Positions 36,486 through 45,204 of a DNA stretch of 46,762 nucleotides are shown piece by piece. The stretch lies in NCBI GenBank assembly GCA_045534215.1, contig JAZSJG010000077.1:1-46762 (forward strand), given 5' to 3'. A program made the translations under genes and the position numbers. Numbering within the stretch: position 1 is the first letter of the stretch; each line of letters opens with the position of its first letter. The notes beneath the pieces were generated by a model, which saw nothing but the letters and a program-made list of their open reading frames with translations, was not told the DNA's origin and made no database searches. This DNA comes from Eubacteriales bacterium. Its GTDB lineage: Bacteria > Bacillota > Clostridia > Oscillospirales > CAG-272.

Positions 36486-37436
36486 ATGTCAAAGACAAAA
36501 GTGAATACTAAACGTCCGACGCAACGCTCCGAGATGTCAAAGATGCAGTGGACGTGGAAGGAAATGAAGAAGAATAAAACCGCTTACTTTATGGTAGCAC
36601 CATTCCTTCTTCTCTTCATTATCTTCACCGTTCTGCCGGTATTTCTTTCTATCATTCTGAGCCTTACGAACTTTAACATGTTACAGATGCCCGGATGGGA
36701 GGGCCTCAACAACTACACGCGTCTTTTCCTCGATGATGAAATTTTCATTCTCGCGTGCCAGAACACCTTAATATTCGCATCGGTAACCGGACCCGTTTCA
36801 TACCTGCTTTCGCTGTTGATTGCATGGTTCATTAATGAACTTCCGCCTAAAATCCGTGCGGTTGTTACTCTTATCTTCTACGCTCCCTCAATTTCAGGTC
36901 AGGTTTATCTTATATGGAAGACTTTGTTCTCCTCCGACGCTTACGGTTGGGCGAACGCAACGTTGATGGACCTTGGAATTATAAGTACCCCGATTCTATG
37001 GTTCGACGATGCGAATTACGTAATGCCGCTTTGTATTATAGTTGCATTGTGGACATCTCTTGGTACAGCGTTCCTGTCTTTCATCGCCGGCTTCCAGACA
37101 ATTGACCGTTCAATGTATGAGGCGGCAGCTGTTGACGGAATTAAAAACCGTTGGCAGGAGCTTTGGTATATAACTCTTCCCACAATGCGCCCTCAGATGA
37201 TGTTCGGTGCCGTTCTTGCTATAACCAACTCATTCGGCTTCGGTTCTGTTGTTGATGCTTTGTGCGGATTCCCCTCGGTTGACTATGCGGCGCACACAAT
37301 TATGCACCACTTGAACGACTATGGCGGCCAAAGATATGAAATCGGTTATTCTTCCGCAATAGCGGTTGTGCTCTTCGTAATTATGTTCTCATGTAACATA
37401 ATTATCAAGAAGTTGCTATCGAAGGTAGGTGAGTAG
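36486..37436 (+). CDS. ABC importer permease, MalF/UgpA-like (CUT1)
   Basis: Six predicted TM helices. EAA loop YEAAAVDGIKNRWQELWYITLPTMRP. SD AAGGAG 8 nt upstream. Confidence 0.88.
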   Translation: MSKTKVNTKRPTQRSEMSKMQWTWKEMKKNKTAYFMVAPFLLLFIIFTVLPVFLSIILSLTNFNMLQMPGWEGLNNYTRLFLDDEIFILACQNTLIFASVTGPVSYLLSLLIAWFINELPPKIRAVVTLIFYAPSISGQVYLIWKTLFSSDAYGWANATLMDLGIISTPILWFDDANYVMPLCIIVALWTSLGTAFLSFIAGFQTIDRSMYEAAAVDGIKNRWQELWYITLPTMRPQMMFGAVLAITNSFGFGSVVDALCGFPSVDYAAHTIMHHLNDYGGQRYEIGYSSAIAVVLFVIMFSCNIIIKKLLSKVGE

Positions 37437-37438
37437 TT

Positions 37439-38314
37439 ATGGCTAAAAAGTTAAGAACAAGAAATCACCGCGTCGTACTTAACCGTTCGGCAGGTGGAGA
37501 TACGGGCATAACTATCGTACTTACAATCTTCGGCTTGTTTATGTTCTTGCCTATGTATTACGTTGTAATTCAGGCATTAAAGCCACTTGACGAATTATTT
37601 ATGTTCCCGCCTCGTTTCTACGTTATCAATCCTACCTTTGATAACTTCACAGACCTTGTAAGTCTTATGAGCGACTCATGGGTTCCTTTCTCAAGGTACA
37701 TATTCAATACCGTATTCCTTACGATATGCGGTACAGTAGGTAACCTTATTTTCGCATCAATGGCGGCATATTCCTTGGCAAAACTCCGTTTCCCCGGAAG
37801 AAATGCCATATTCCAGATTATAGTTATGTCGCTTATGTTCCACTCAACAGTTAACCAGGTAACTCACTTCATTATCCTTTCTTCTTTCGGTTGGATAGAT
37901 ACTTATCTTTCGATTATAGTTCCGTCTATGGCAACTACGATGGGTCTTTACCTTATGAAGCAGTTTATGGAAACATCAGTTCCCAATACGGTACTTGAAT
38001 CCGCCCGTCTTGACGGTGCAAGTGAATTCAGAACATATTTAACAATCGCAATGCCGATGGTTAAGCCCGCATGGCTTACACTTATTATCGAGTGCTTTAA
38101 GTCACTGTGGAACTCCGGTTCGTCCATATACATTCATTCCGAACAGTTGAAAACCTTTAACTATGCTATCAACCAGATAGTCACCGGTGGTATTGCACGT
38201 TCCGGTGCCGGTGCGGCAGCAACGGTTGTAATGATGATAGTTCCTATTCTCGTATTCGTGTTCAACCAGAGCCAGATTATTGAAACGATGGGCTCTTCGG
38301 GTATGAAGGATTAA
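37439..38314 (+). CDS. ABC importer permease, MalG/UgpE-like (CUT1)
   Basis: EAA loop LESARLDGASEFRTYLTIAMPMVKP. The start is 2 nt after the upstream stop. Confidence 0.88.
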   Translation: MAKKLRTRNHRVVLNRSAGGDTGITIVLTIFGLFMFLPMYYVVIQALKPLDELFMFPPRFYVINPTFDNFTDLVSLMSDSWVPFSRYIFNTVFLTICGTVGNLIFASMAAYSLAKLRFPGRNAIFQIIVMSLMFHSTVNQVTHFIILSSFGWIDTYLSIIVPSMATTMGLYLMKQFMETSVPNTVLESARLDGASEFRTYLTIAMPMVKPAWLTLIIECFKSLWNSGSSIYIHSEQLKTFNYAINQIVTGGIARSGAGAAATVVMMIVPILVFVFNQSQIIETMGSSGMKD

Positions 38315-38324
38315 GGAGGCAAGT

Positions 38325-40502
38325 ATGAAGAAATTTACAAAAGTATTGATATTTGCGCTCGTTGCAGTTATGTTGTTTGCTTCGGTTCAGGTTTTCGCAT
38401 TTGACCCGTATCAAACATATACCTATTCAATTGACGGCGAGCCCCTTAAATCTCCCTCAGCATACACGGCATCGGAAGTCTTGAACACAATGGACATAGG
38501 TCTTAACACTTTTTCTCCCGATTTGCCAAAATTCAGCTATGCATCAGATATAGTTACGGACAGTGATGCAAATGTTTATATAGCTGATAAAGGAAATAAC
38601 CGTATAGTAGTACTTGATAAGTATTACTCGGTTAAGGACGTAATTGACAACTATGTTGATGAATACAATGTACGTCAGACATTTAATGCACCTCAGGGTG
38701 TATTTGTAACCGACCCGACTAAAACAGCTGACGGTTCAAGCTTTGTTTATATCTGTGATACAGGTAACCAGCGTATAGTAGTTTTTGATAGAGATTACGA
38801 ATATGTAAGAACTATTGAAAAGCCGGAAACAAACCTTATCACAAGCGAAATGTTTAAGCCAATGGCAATAGCTGTTGATATTTACGGAAGAATTTTCGTA
38901 ACCTCACAAGCTTGTTACTCGGGTGTTATCGTTCTTTCAGAAACAGGTGACTTCACCGGATTTATCGGAGCACAGGAAACTTCGCTTTCCTTGATAGACC
39001 TTATCTGGAGAAACTTCCAATCTAAAGAGGACAGAATTTCATCTGTAAAAACTCTTGCATATCCCTACAATAACATTACAGTTGACGATGACGGATTCGT
39101 TTACGTAACCGTTACTCCCAACGATTTGCCGGGACGTAAATCCCAGCTTGCTTCAATAACAAGCAAAGCAGCAACAAACTCTCCGGTAAAGAAGCTTAAC
39201 TCCGCAGGTAAGGAGATTATGAAGCGTAACGGATTCTTTGATCCCGGTGGAGAAGTAGGCGTAAGACTTCCTGAAGAGGTATCAACTATCATTGACGTCG
39301 CGGTAGGACCGGAGGGATCTTGGAGTATTCTCGACTCCTCTCGTTCCCGTATATTCACCTACGACCAGAACGGCAACCTTCTCTTCGCGTTTGGCGGAAA
39401 GGGTGACCAGCTCGGTAACGGTGAAAGCTTTGTAGGTATGACTTACCACACAGTAAACGGCGTCAGCTACCTTTTGTTGCTTGACAGCGCCGCAGAGGGT
39501 TACAAGCTCACAGTTTATTCACCCACTGCTTACTGTGATACTATTATCGACGCACTTCGTAACCAGAATGAGCACAATTATGATGTGTCCATTCAGTTCT
39601 GGCAGAAGCTTCTCACACAGAATAACAACTTCGACCTTGCTTATATAGGTATAGGTAAAGCTCTTTATCAGCAGGGCAAGTATGAGGACGCTCAGGAGTA
39701 TCTCTCCTATGCTTATGAAACAGACTACCATGACAAAGCGTTTATGGAAATTCGTAAACAGGCAATTCAGAAGTATCTGCTTCTTATGGTAATAGCGGTA
39801 GTTGCAGTAGTTATTCTTATCGTTAAATTCTTGGGTTATGCTAAGAAAAAGAATAAAGCAGGTGCTCTTAAGGTCGGCAAAAAGACCTATTGGGAGGAGC
39901 TGCTGTATGCATTCCACTTAGTATTCCACCCGTTTGACGGCTTCTGGGATCTTAAGCATGAGAAGCGTGGCTCTGTAAGAGCAGCATTTACTATTATCGG
40001 AATAACGATTTTGGCGTTCTTCTATCAGGCAATCGGTCAAGGTTATTCCTTTAACCCAAGAGGAGATTACTCTACAGTATTCATTCAGGTTCTTGCTATT
40101 GCAGTTCCTGTTATACTCTGGTGTCTTGGTAACTGGTGCCTTACAACATTGTTTGACGGAGAAGGAAGCTTTAAGGATATATTCATTGCAACAGGATATG
40201 CTCTTGCACCCCTTCCCGTATTCGTAATTCTTTCAACAATTCTTACAAACGTTATGACGGCTTCTGAGGGCTCAATGGTAAATCTTCTCGTAACATTCGG
40301 TTACGTTTGGGTTGCATTGCTTCTGTTCTTCGGAACTCTCGTAACACATGACTACACGCTCGGCAAAAACTTCATAACAATTCTCGGAACAATTGTAGCA
40401 ATGGTCGTTATTATGTTCGTTGTAATTCTGTTCTCGAGTCTTGTGGCAAAAATTGTTACTTTCGTCTTGACTATTATAAGCGAAATTGCAAACAGAGCAT
40501 AG
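38325..40502 (+). CDS. Membrane protein: signal peptide, six-bladed NHL-repeat beta-propeller, TPR-like motif, TM helix, C-terminal Yip1-type 5-TM domain (725 aa)
   Basis: NHL blades such as NVYIADKGNNRIVVLD, FVYICDTGNQRIVVFD, GRIFVTSQ and SILDSSRSRIFTYDQNGNLLFAFGG. TPR-like GIGKALYQQGKYEDAQEYLSYAY. TM helix at about aa 484-505. Yip1-like block LFDGEGSFKDIFIATGYALAPLP with 5 hydrophobic helices. Confidence 0.7.
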   Translation: MKKFTKVLIFALVAVMLFASVQVFAFDPYQTYTYSIDGEPLKSPSAYTASEVLNTMDIGLNTFSPDLPKFSYASDIVTDSDANVYIADKGNNRIVVLDKYYSVKDVIDNYVDEYNVRQTFNAPQGVFVTDPTKTADGSSFVYICDTGNQRIVVFDRDYEYVRTIEKPETNLITSEMFKPMAIAVDIYGRIFVTSQACYSGVIVLSETGDFTGFIGAQETSLSLIDLIWRNFQSKEDRISSVKTLAYPYNNITVDDDGFVYVTVTPNDLPGRKSQLASITSKAATNSPVKKLNSAGKEIMKRNGFFDPGGEVGVRLPEEVSTIIDVAVGPEGSWSILDSSRSRIFTYDQNGNLLFAFGGKGDQLGNGESFVGMTYHTVNGVSYLLLLDSAAEGYKLTVYSPTAYCDTIIDALRNQNEHNYDVSIQFWQKLLTQNNNFDLAYIGIGKALYQQGKYEDAQEYLSYAYETDYHDKAFMEIRKQAIQKYLLLMVIAVVAVVILIVKFLGYAKKKNKAGALKVGKKTYWEELLYAFHLVFHPFDGFWDLKHEKRGSVRAAFTIIGITILAFFYQAIGQGYSFNPRGDYSTVFIQVLAIAVPVILWCLGNWCLTTLFDGEGSFKDIFIATGYALAPLPVFVILSTILTNVMTASEGSMVNLLVTFGYVWVALLLFFGTLVTHDYTLGKNFITILGTIVAMVVIMFVVILFSSLVAKIVTFVLTIISEIANRA

Positions 40503-40519
40503 AGCAGGGAGGTAGAAAT

Positions 40520-43500
40520 ATGAAATTTAAAAAGTTAATATCGGCTGCTCTCTCTGTTGTAATGATTTTTACAGCGTTTGTTGCAGTGTTTCCTGTTAAT
40601 GCATTCGCCGCTCACTCATCTTCAAGTACGGCGTCTGGAGCTACAGTGCCGGAAGGCATCACCGAATCCGATTTGACCTATCAGGAGCTTCTTGAGTACC
40701 TTGGCGTTGCAAAGGAAACGGAAAATGACCCGAACAGTTATATCAACTATAACTTTAATTCGGCAGCAGAAATGCTTGCTTATGAGCTTAAGCTTGGACA
40801 TCTTTACTGTGTTAGCTCATCTGCAAAGCAGTATACACTTTACGTTAACAAGTACACGGGATTCGTTTACTACGTTAACAACCTTACAGGTCAGATACTT
40901 ACAAGTAACCCGACAAATCCCGGTTACAGATCACAAAACGGCTCTCTTATAGTTCACTCAGAAACACGCGCAGACCTGATGAGTCAGATAACTGTTTCCT
41001 TCTTCGAAACCGCAAACCCAACAAGCTCGGATATTTACGATAGCTTTACTGAAGCGGCTCAGAGAGGACAGATTAGTGTTTCTCCGATTTCCAACGGTAT
41101 TCGTGTAAGTTATGTCCTTGGTGATACTACCGCAAGATATCTTCTTCCCGGTATTATTACTGCAGAAAGCTTTGAGTCAAACATTCTTCGTCCTTTCATT
41201 GAATACTATGAATCCTTGATCGTTCAGTATTGTTCTTCATATTACCCCGATCAGAATCTTACATTCTTTGATAACGAGGATTATAAACCGTATGATGATT
41301 ACGGTTACATTAATCAGCTTTCCGGAACAAAAAACAGAGGTGTTCGCTATTACCTAGCTAACACAATGAACCTTTATTCCGATGTTTTGAGTTACAAATC
41401 TGCGGAATATAAGCACCTTGAAGAAGTATATGGAGACCTTATTTATTTCCTCGGTGCATATAACCTTTATAATCCGCAGGCGTATATCGACAAGGGTGAA
41501 AATTATAAGACTCAGCTTGAGGATATGTACAAAAAGTACCCCATCACCAAAACAGGTGTATCAGTTTACGTATATGCCCAGTCTGATAATGATGCAACAA
41601 AGGAAACTTATGCAGATATAATCAAAAAGTACTGCACAGACTATACGTTTTCAATGATGTATGCTGATGAAAAGGAGTGTGGATACGTTGATACATCTAC
41701 TCAAAAGCCTCTCTTCAGATGCGCTCTTGAATATACTCTTAGCAGTGACGGAACTCTTTGTGTAAGTCTTCCTGCATCTTCAATTACCTTTGATGAAACC
41801 GTTTATACGCTTGATTCAATTACTCCGCTTATGTATTTCGGATGCGGCGATATGACTAACAGCGGTTATATCTTCTATCCTGATGGTAGCGGAACAGTTG
41901 TAAACTTCAAAGACTTCTATGATGAATCGATAAATCTTAAGACAGCAATTAACCTTTCCTCTAAAATATTTGGAAGCGATTTTGCATATTCAAATATTAC
42001 AGGTGCTCACCGTCAGCAAATAACAATGCCTGTTTACGGTATAGTTAACAAGGTTAACGCATCTAATCTTTCTGCAGAAATTACAGGAAAAGATACTGTC
42101 ACTAACGGTTATTTTGCAATTGTAGAGGAGGGCTCTTCTGTAGCTACAATCGGATTTAAGTCCGGTGGTGCTACGCACAGATTTGCAACAGCATTTACCT
42201 CTTACAACCCATATCCATCCGATGTTTACGACCTTTCCGAAACAATTTCGGTTGGTTCTCTTGGAACATATACCATGGTATCCAAGGCAAAATATACAGC
42301 TTCCTATACTACAAGATTCGTTATGCTTACAGATAATAGCATCGGCGATAAGGTTTACGGTGAGGGTAAATATTATGAATCCTCTTACAACGGAATGGCT
42401 GCATGCTACCGTAACAAGCTCAAGAATGATGGCGTTCTCAGTGCTCTTGAGATTGTAAACGAGGACCTCCCGCTTTACATTGAAGTTCTTGGTTCTATGG
42501 ATATCTTGGATAAGTTTTTGACTTTCCCCATAACCAAAAATATTCCTCTTACAAAGTTCGAGGACGTAATCGAAATTTACAATCAGCTTTCCAATTGCAG
42601 CAGCTACGTTGAAAGTGAAATAGCAAGATACGAAGAGTTGCTGAAGAATGAAAAGAATGACGTTCAGCGAGCTCAGTACCAGAATCAAATCAATACGTTT
42701 GAGCAGCTCAACGGAAAGATTGAAGATAGCATTACAAATATTAATATAAGACTTACCGGTTTTGCGAATGGCGGTATGTATGCTACTTATCCTGTAAAGG
42801 TGAAATGGCAGAAGGCAGTTGGAGGCAAATCCGGACTTAAGAAGCTTATTGCGGCAACTGATACTGATGCCGGTGAAAGCTTTAAGATTTTCCCTGAGTT
42901 CGATTTTATGTATATCAATCATACAGCAATGTTTGACGGTATCAGAACAAAGGGCAATGTTTCCAGAATGGTTGACAACCGTTATGCTTCAAGACAGGAA
43001 TACAATGAGATAGTTCAGATGTTTGAATCCGCTTTCTCTCTTGTAATTAATCCCGAGGCATTACCTAAGCTTTACAAGAAATTTAATAAGCAGTACAGTA
43101 AGTACGGTTTAACAACAATTTCAGCTTCAACTCTTGGTTCGGCGCTTAACTCTAACTTTGATGAGGAAGCTCCCGTTAACCGCGAGGAAGCAATGGGCTA
43201 TGTATGTGATGTTCTTGATGCTATGGTAAATAAGAATAATTACGAGGTTATGATAGATACAGGTAATATCTATGCTGTTGAGTATGCGACACACATTCTT
43301 AATGCAGCAACAGATTCAAGCCATTTCAGATTCTCTTCGTATACAATTCCGTTCACAGGTCTTGTTCTCCATAGTTACGTAAATTATACCGGTACTCCGA
43401 TAAACTATGCCGGATCTATTCAATATGAGATTCTTCGTTCCATCGAAAACGGAGCAGCACCTTATTTCATTGTCTGCTTCCGCAACACATCTTATATGAA

Positions 43501-44236
43501 GGACGATATGGTTCTTAACCAGTACTACGGTGTTGACTATCAGAACTGGTATGCACAAATCCTTACAACTTACACCACTATTAACTCTATTATAGGCGAG
43601 CTTCAAAGCTATGAGCTCGTAAAGCATTCTGTTGTAATTGCAGAACGTTCTATAGATTCTAAAGAGAGTGCAGAAATACTTAAAAAGCTCACAGAAGAGC
43701 TCCTCGTTTCTGTTGATAATCAAATTGCTGCAGCTATAGATGTAGCACTTGATGAACTCAGAGCGGCAGCAGCATATGACACAATGCTCAAGTTCAATCT
43801 TACAGATGCAGATAAAGCAGCTCTTCTTAATCAGTTTGCTTTGGAACTCAATGTTGATGCACAGTATCTTACAGATTCCGGATTCGTTAAGGAGTTTGAT
43901 AAGATAGTTGCAAAATATGAGAGTGAGTATTCTGCAGAAAACGCAGAAAACATTCACAGTATCAGCTTCAATTCCTTCGTATATGAAACAAATTATTCCT
44001 ATCTGACGGATTCGTTCGCATTCGATGAAAATTACGTATATACGGATTTCACTTGCGACAACGGAAACGTAGTTATGGTAACATATAAGAAGGGTGATGA
44101 CGTAAAACAATTTATTCTCAACTACAATAATTACTCGGTTGAGGTAAGACTTGACAAAGATAATATTTGTACTGTCGATGCTTACGGATTTTATCCCGTT
44201 ATCAATAAAAACGCAAATGAGGAGGTGGGACAATGA
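40520..44236 (+). CDS. Giant secreted protein of unknown function (1238 aa); probably the DUF5696 family (assignment from memory, unverified)
   Basis: Signal peptide ...FPVNAFA/AHSSSS. No TM helix, no LPXTG, no motif of a characterised enzyme family that I can name. SD GGGAGG upstream. The stop overlaps the next start (ATGA at 44233-44236). Coding status is secure; function is unknown. Confidence 0.6.
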   Translation: MKFKKLISAALSVVMIFTAFVAVFPVNAFAAHSSSSTASGATVPEGITESDLTYQELLEYLGVAKETENDPNSYINYNFNSAAEMLAYELKLGHLYCVSSSAKQYTLYVNKYTGFVYYVNNLTGQILTSNPTNPGYRSQNGSLIVHSETRADLMSQITVSFFETANPTSSDIYDSFTEAAQRGQISVSPISNGIRVSYVLGDTTARYLLPGIITAESFESNILRPFIEYYESLIVQYCSSYYPDQNLTFFDNEDYKPYDDYGYINQLSGTKNRGVRYYLANTMNLYSDVLSYKSAEYKHLEEVYGDLIYFLGAYNLYNPQAYIDKGENYKTQLEDMYKKYPITKTGVSVYVYAQSDNDATKETYADIIKKYCTDYTFSMMYADEKECGYVDTSTQKPLFRCALEYTLSSDGTLCVSLPASSITFDETVYTLDSITPLMYFGCGDMTNSGYIFYPDGSGTVVNFKDFYDESINLKTAINLSSKIFGSDFAYSNITGAHRQQITMPVYGIVNKVNASNLSAEITGKDTVTNGYFAIVEEGSSVATIGFKSGGATHRFATAFTSYNPYPSDVYDLSETISVGSLGTYTMVSKAKYTASYTTRFVMLTDNSIGDKVYGEGKYYESSYNGMAACYRNKLKNDGVLSALEIVNEDLPLYIEVLGSMDILDKFLTFPITKNIPLTKFEDVIEIYNQLSNCSSYVESEIARYEELLKNEKNDVQRAQYQNQINTFEQLNGKIEDSITNINIRLTGFANGGMYATYPVKVKWQKAVGGKSGLKKLIAATDTDAGESFKIFPEFDFMYINHTAMFDGIRTKGNVSRMVDNRYASRQEYNEIVQMFESAFSLVINPEALPKLYKKFNKQYSKYGLTTISASTLGSALNSNFDEEAPVNREEAMGYVCDVLDAMVNKNNYEVMIDTGNIYAVEYATHILNAATDSSHFRFSSYTIPFTGLVLHSYVNYTGTPINYAGSIQYEILRSIENGAAPYFIVCFRNTSYMKDDMVLNQYYGVDYQNWYAQILTTYTTINSIIGELQSYELVKHSVVIAERSIDSKESAEILKKLTEELLVSVDNQIAAAIDVALDELRAAAAYDTMLKFNLTDADKAALLNQFALELNVDAQYLTDSGFVKEFDKIVAKYESEYSAENAENIHSISFNSFVYETNYSYLTDSFAFDENYVYTDFTCDNGNVVMVTYKKGDDVKQFILNYNNYSVEVRLDKDNICTVDAYGFYPVINKNANEEVGQ

Positions 44237-45192
44237 GTAGTAAATCCTTGAAAATCAAGAAAAAAACAGCTTCCTTGGATGCAAGAAAAGCAAGATCCGG
44301 TTATGTATTCGTTGCGCCCTTCATCCTTGGTATAATATTCATTTATATACCAATTCTTCTCGACTCAATCTGGTTCAGCTTTAACAAGCTGAACACAGAC
44401 CACTGGGATGTGGTAAACGGTGTTCCTGACCCGATATTTGAATCAGTCGGTTTTGAATATTATAAGGCAATATTTGATGACCCCGACTTTTTAACAAAAC
44501 TTCTTGCCGGACTTCAACAGCTTATATTCGAGGTCCCTGCTGTTATCATTTTCTCGCTGTTTATTGCGGTTGTTCTTAACCAAAAAATGCTTGGTAGAGC
44601 AGTTTTCCGTGCAATATTCTTCGTTCCGGTTATTATTTCAACCGGTATTATGGAATCTATCAACTACAGCGATATTATGTCCGATGAAGCACAGGGTGGT
44701 ATCCAGGACGGTTCCGGAGAATCAGCATCTAACGATATTATCTCGGTTCTTGACGTCGAAATTCTATTCAGCTCAATGAAGGTTGGTGCAGAGCTCGTTA
44801 CCTACGTTGTACAGCTCGTTAATGACGTATACGATATCGTAAACTACTCCGGTGTACAGATGCTTATATTCCTTGCCGGACTTCAGTCAATTTCACCCGC
44901 AATCTATGAGGCGTGTCAAATTGAAGGCGCAACGGCATGGGAAACCTTCTGGAAAATTACCTTCCCGATGATTTCTCCTATGATACTTGTAAATGCGGTG
45001 TATTCGGTAATAAATGCGTTTACCCGTACCACCAACCCGATGATGCTCTTTATCGATTCAAAGTATATTGCAGCCGGAGGACAGCACTTGGCAACAGCGA
45101 TGTCTTGGCTATACTTCTTAATTGTTATGCTTATCATTGGCGCGGTAGTAGGTATCGTTTCTACATTTATCTTCTATCAGAGAAGAGATTAA
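44233..45192 (+). CDS. ABC importer permease, MalF-like (second pair)
   Basis: EAA loop YEACQIEGATAWETFWKITFPMISP. Long extracytoplasmic loops after TM1 and TM3. Confidence 0.85.
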   Translation: MSSKSLKIKKKTASLDARKARSGYVFVAPFILGIIFIYIPILLDSIWFSFNKLNTDHWDVVNGVPDPIFESVGFEYYKAIFDDPDFLTKLLAGLQQLIFEVPAVIIFSLFIAVVLNQKMLGRAVFRAIFFVPVIISTGIMESINYSDIMSDEAQGGIQDGSGESASNDIISVLDVEILFSSMKVGAELVTYVVQLVNDVYDIVNYSGVQMLIFLAGLQSISPAIYEACQIEGATAWETFWKITFPMISPMILVNAVYSVINAFTRTTNPMMLFIDSKYIAAGGQHLATAMSWLYFLIVMLIIGAVVGIVSTFIFYQRRD

Positions 45193-45204
45193 GGAGGTAG
45201 CAAC

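Noticed and set aside
41990-44233. Two very long antisense ORFs (41990-42922, 310 aa; 43316-44233, 305 aa) opposite the 1238-aa gene.
   Set aside because: Their translations are Cys/Ile/Phe/Asn-rich and low in complexity, with no SD and no recognisable motif. They lie entirely inside a strongly supported sense gene. They look like open antisense frames created by the sense gene's codon usage.
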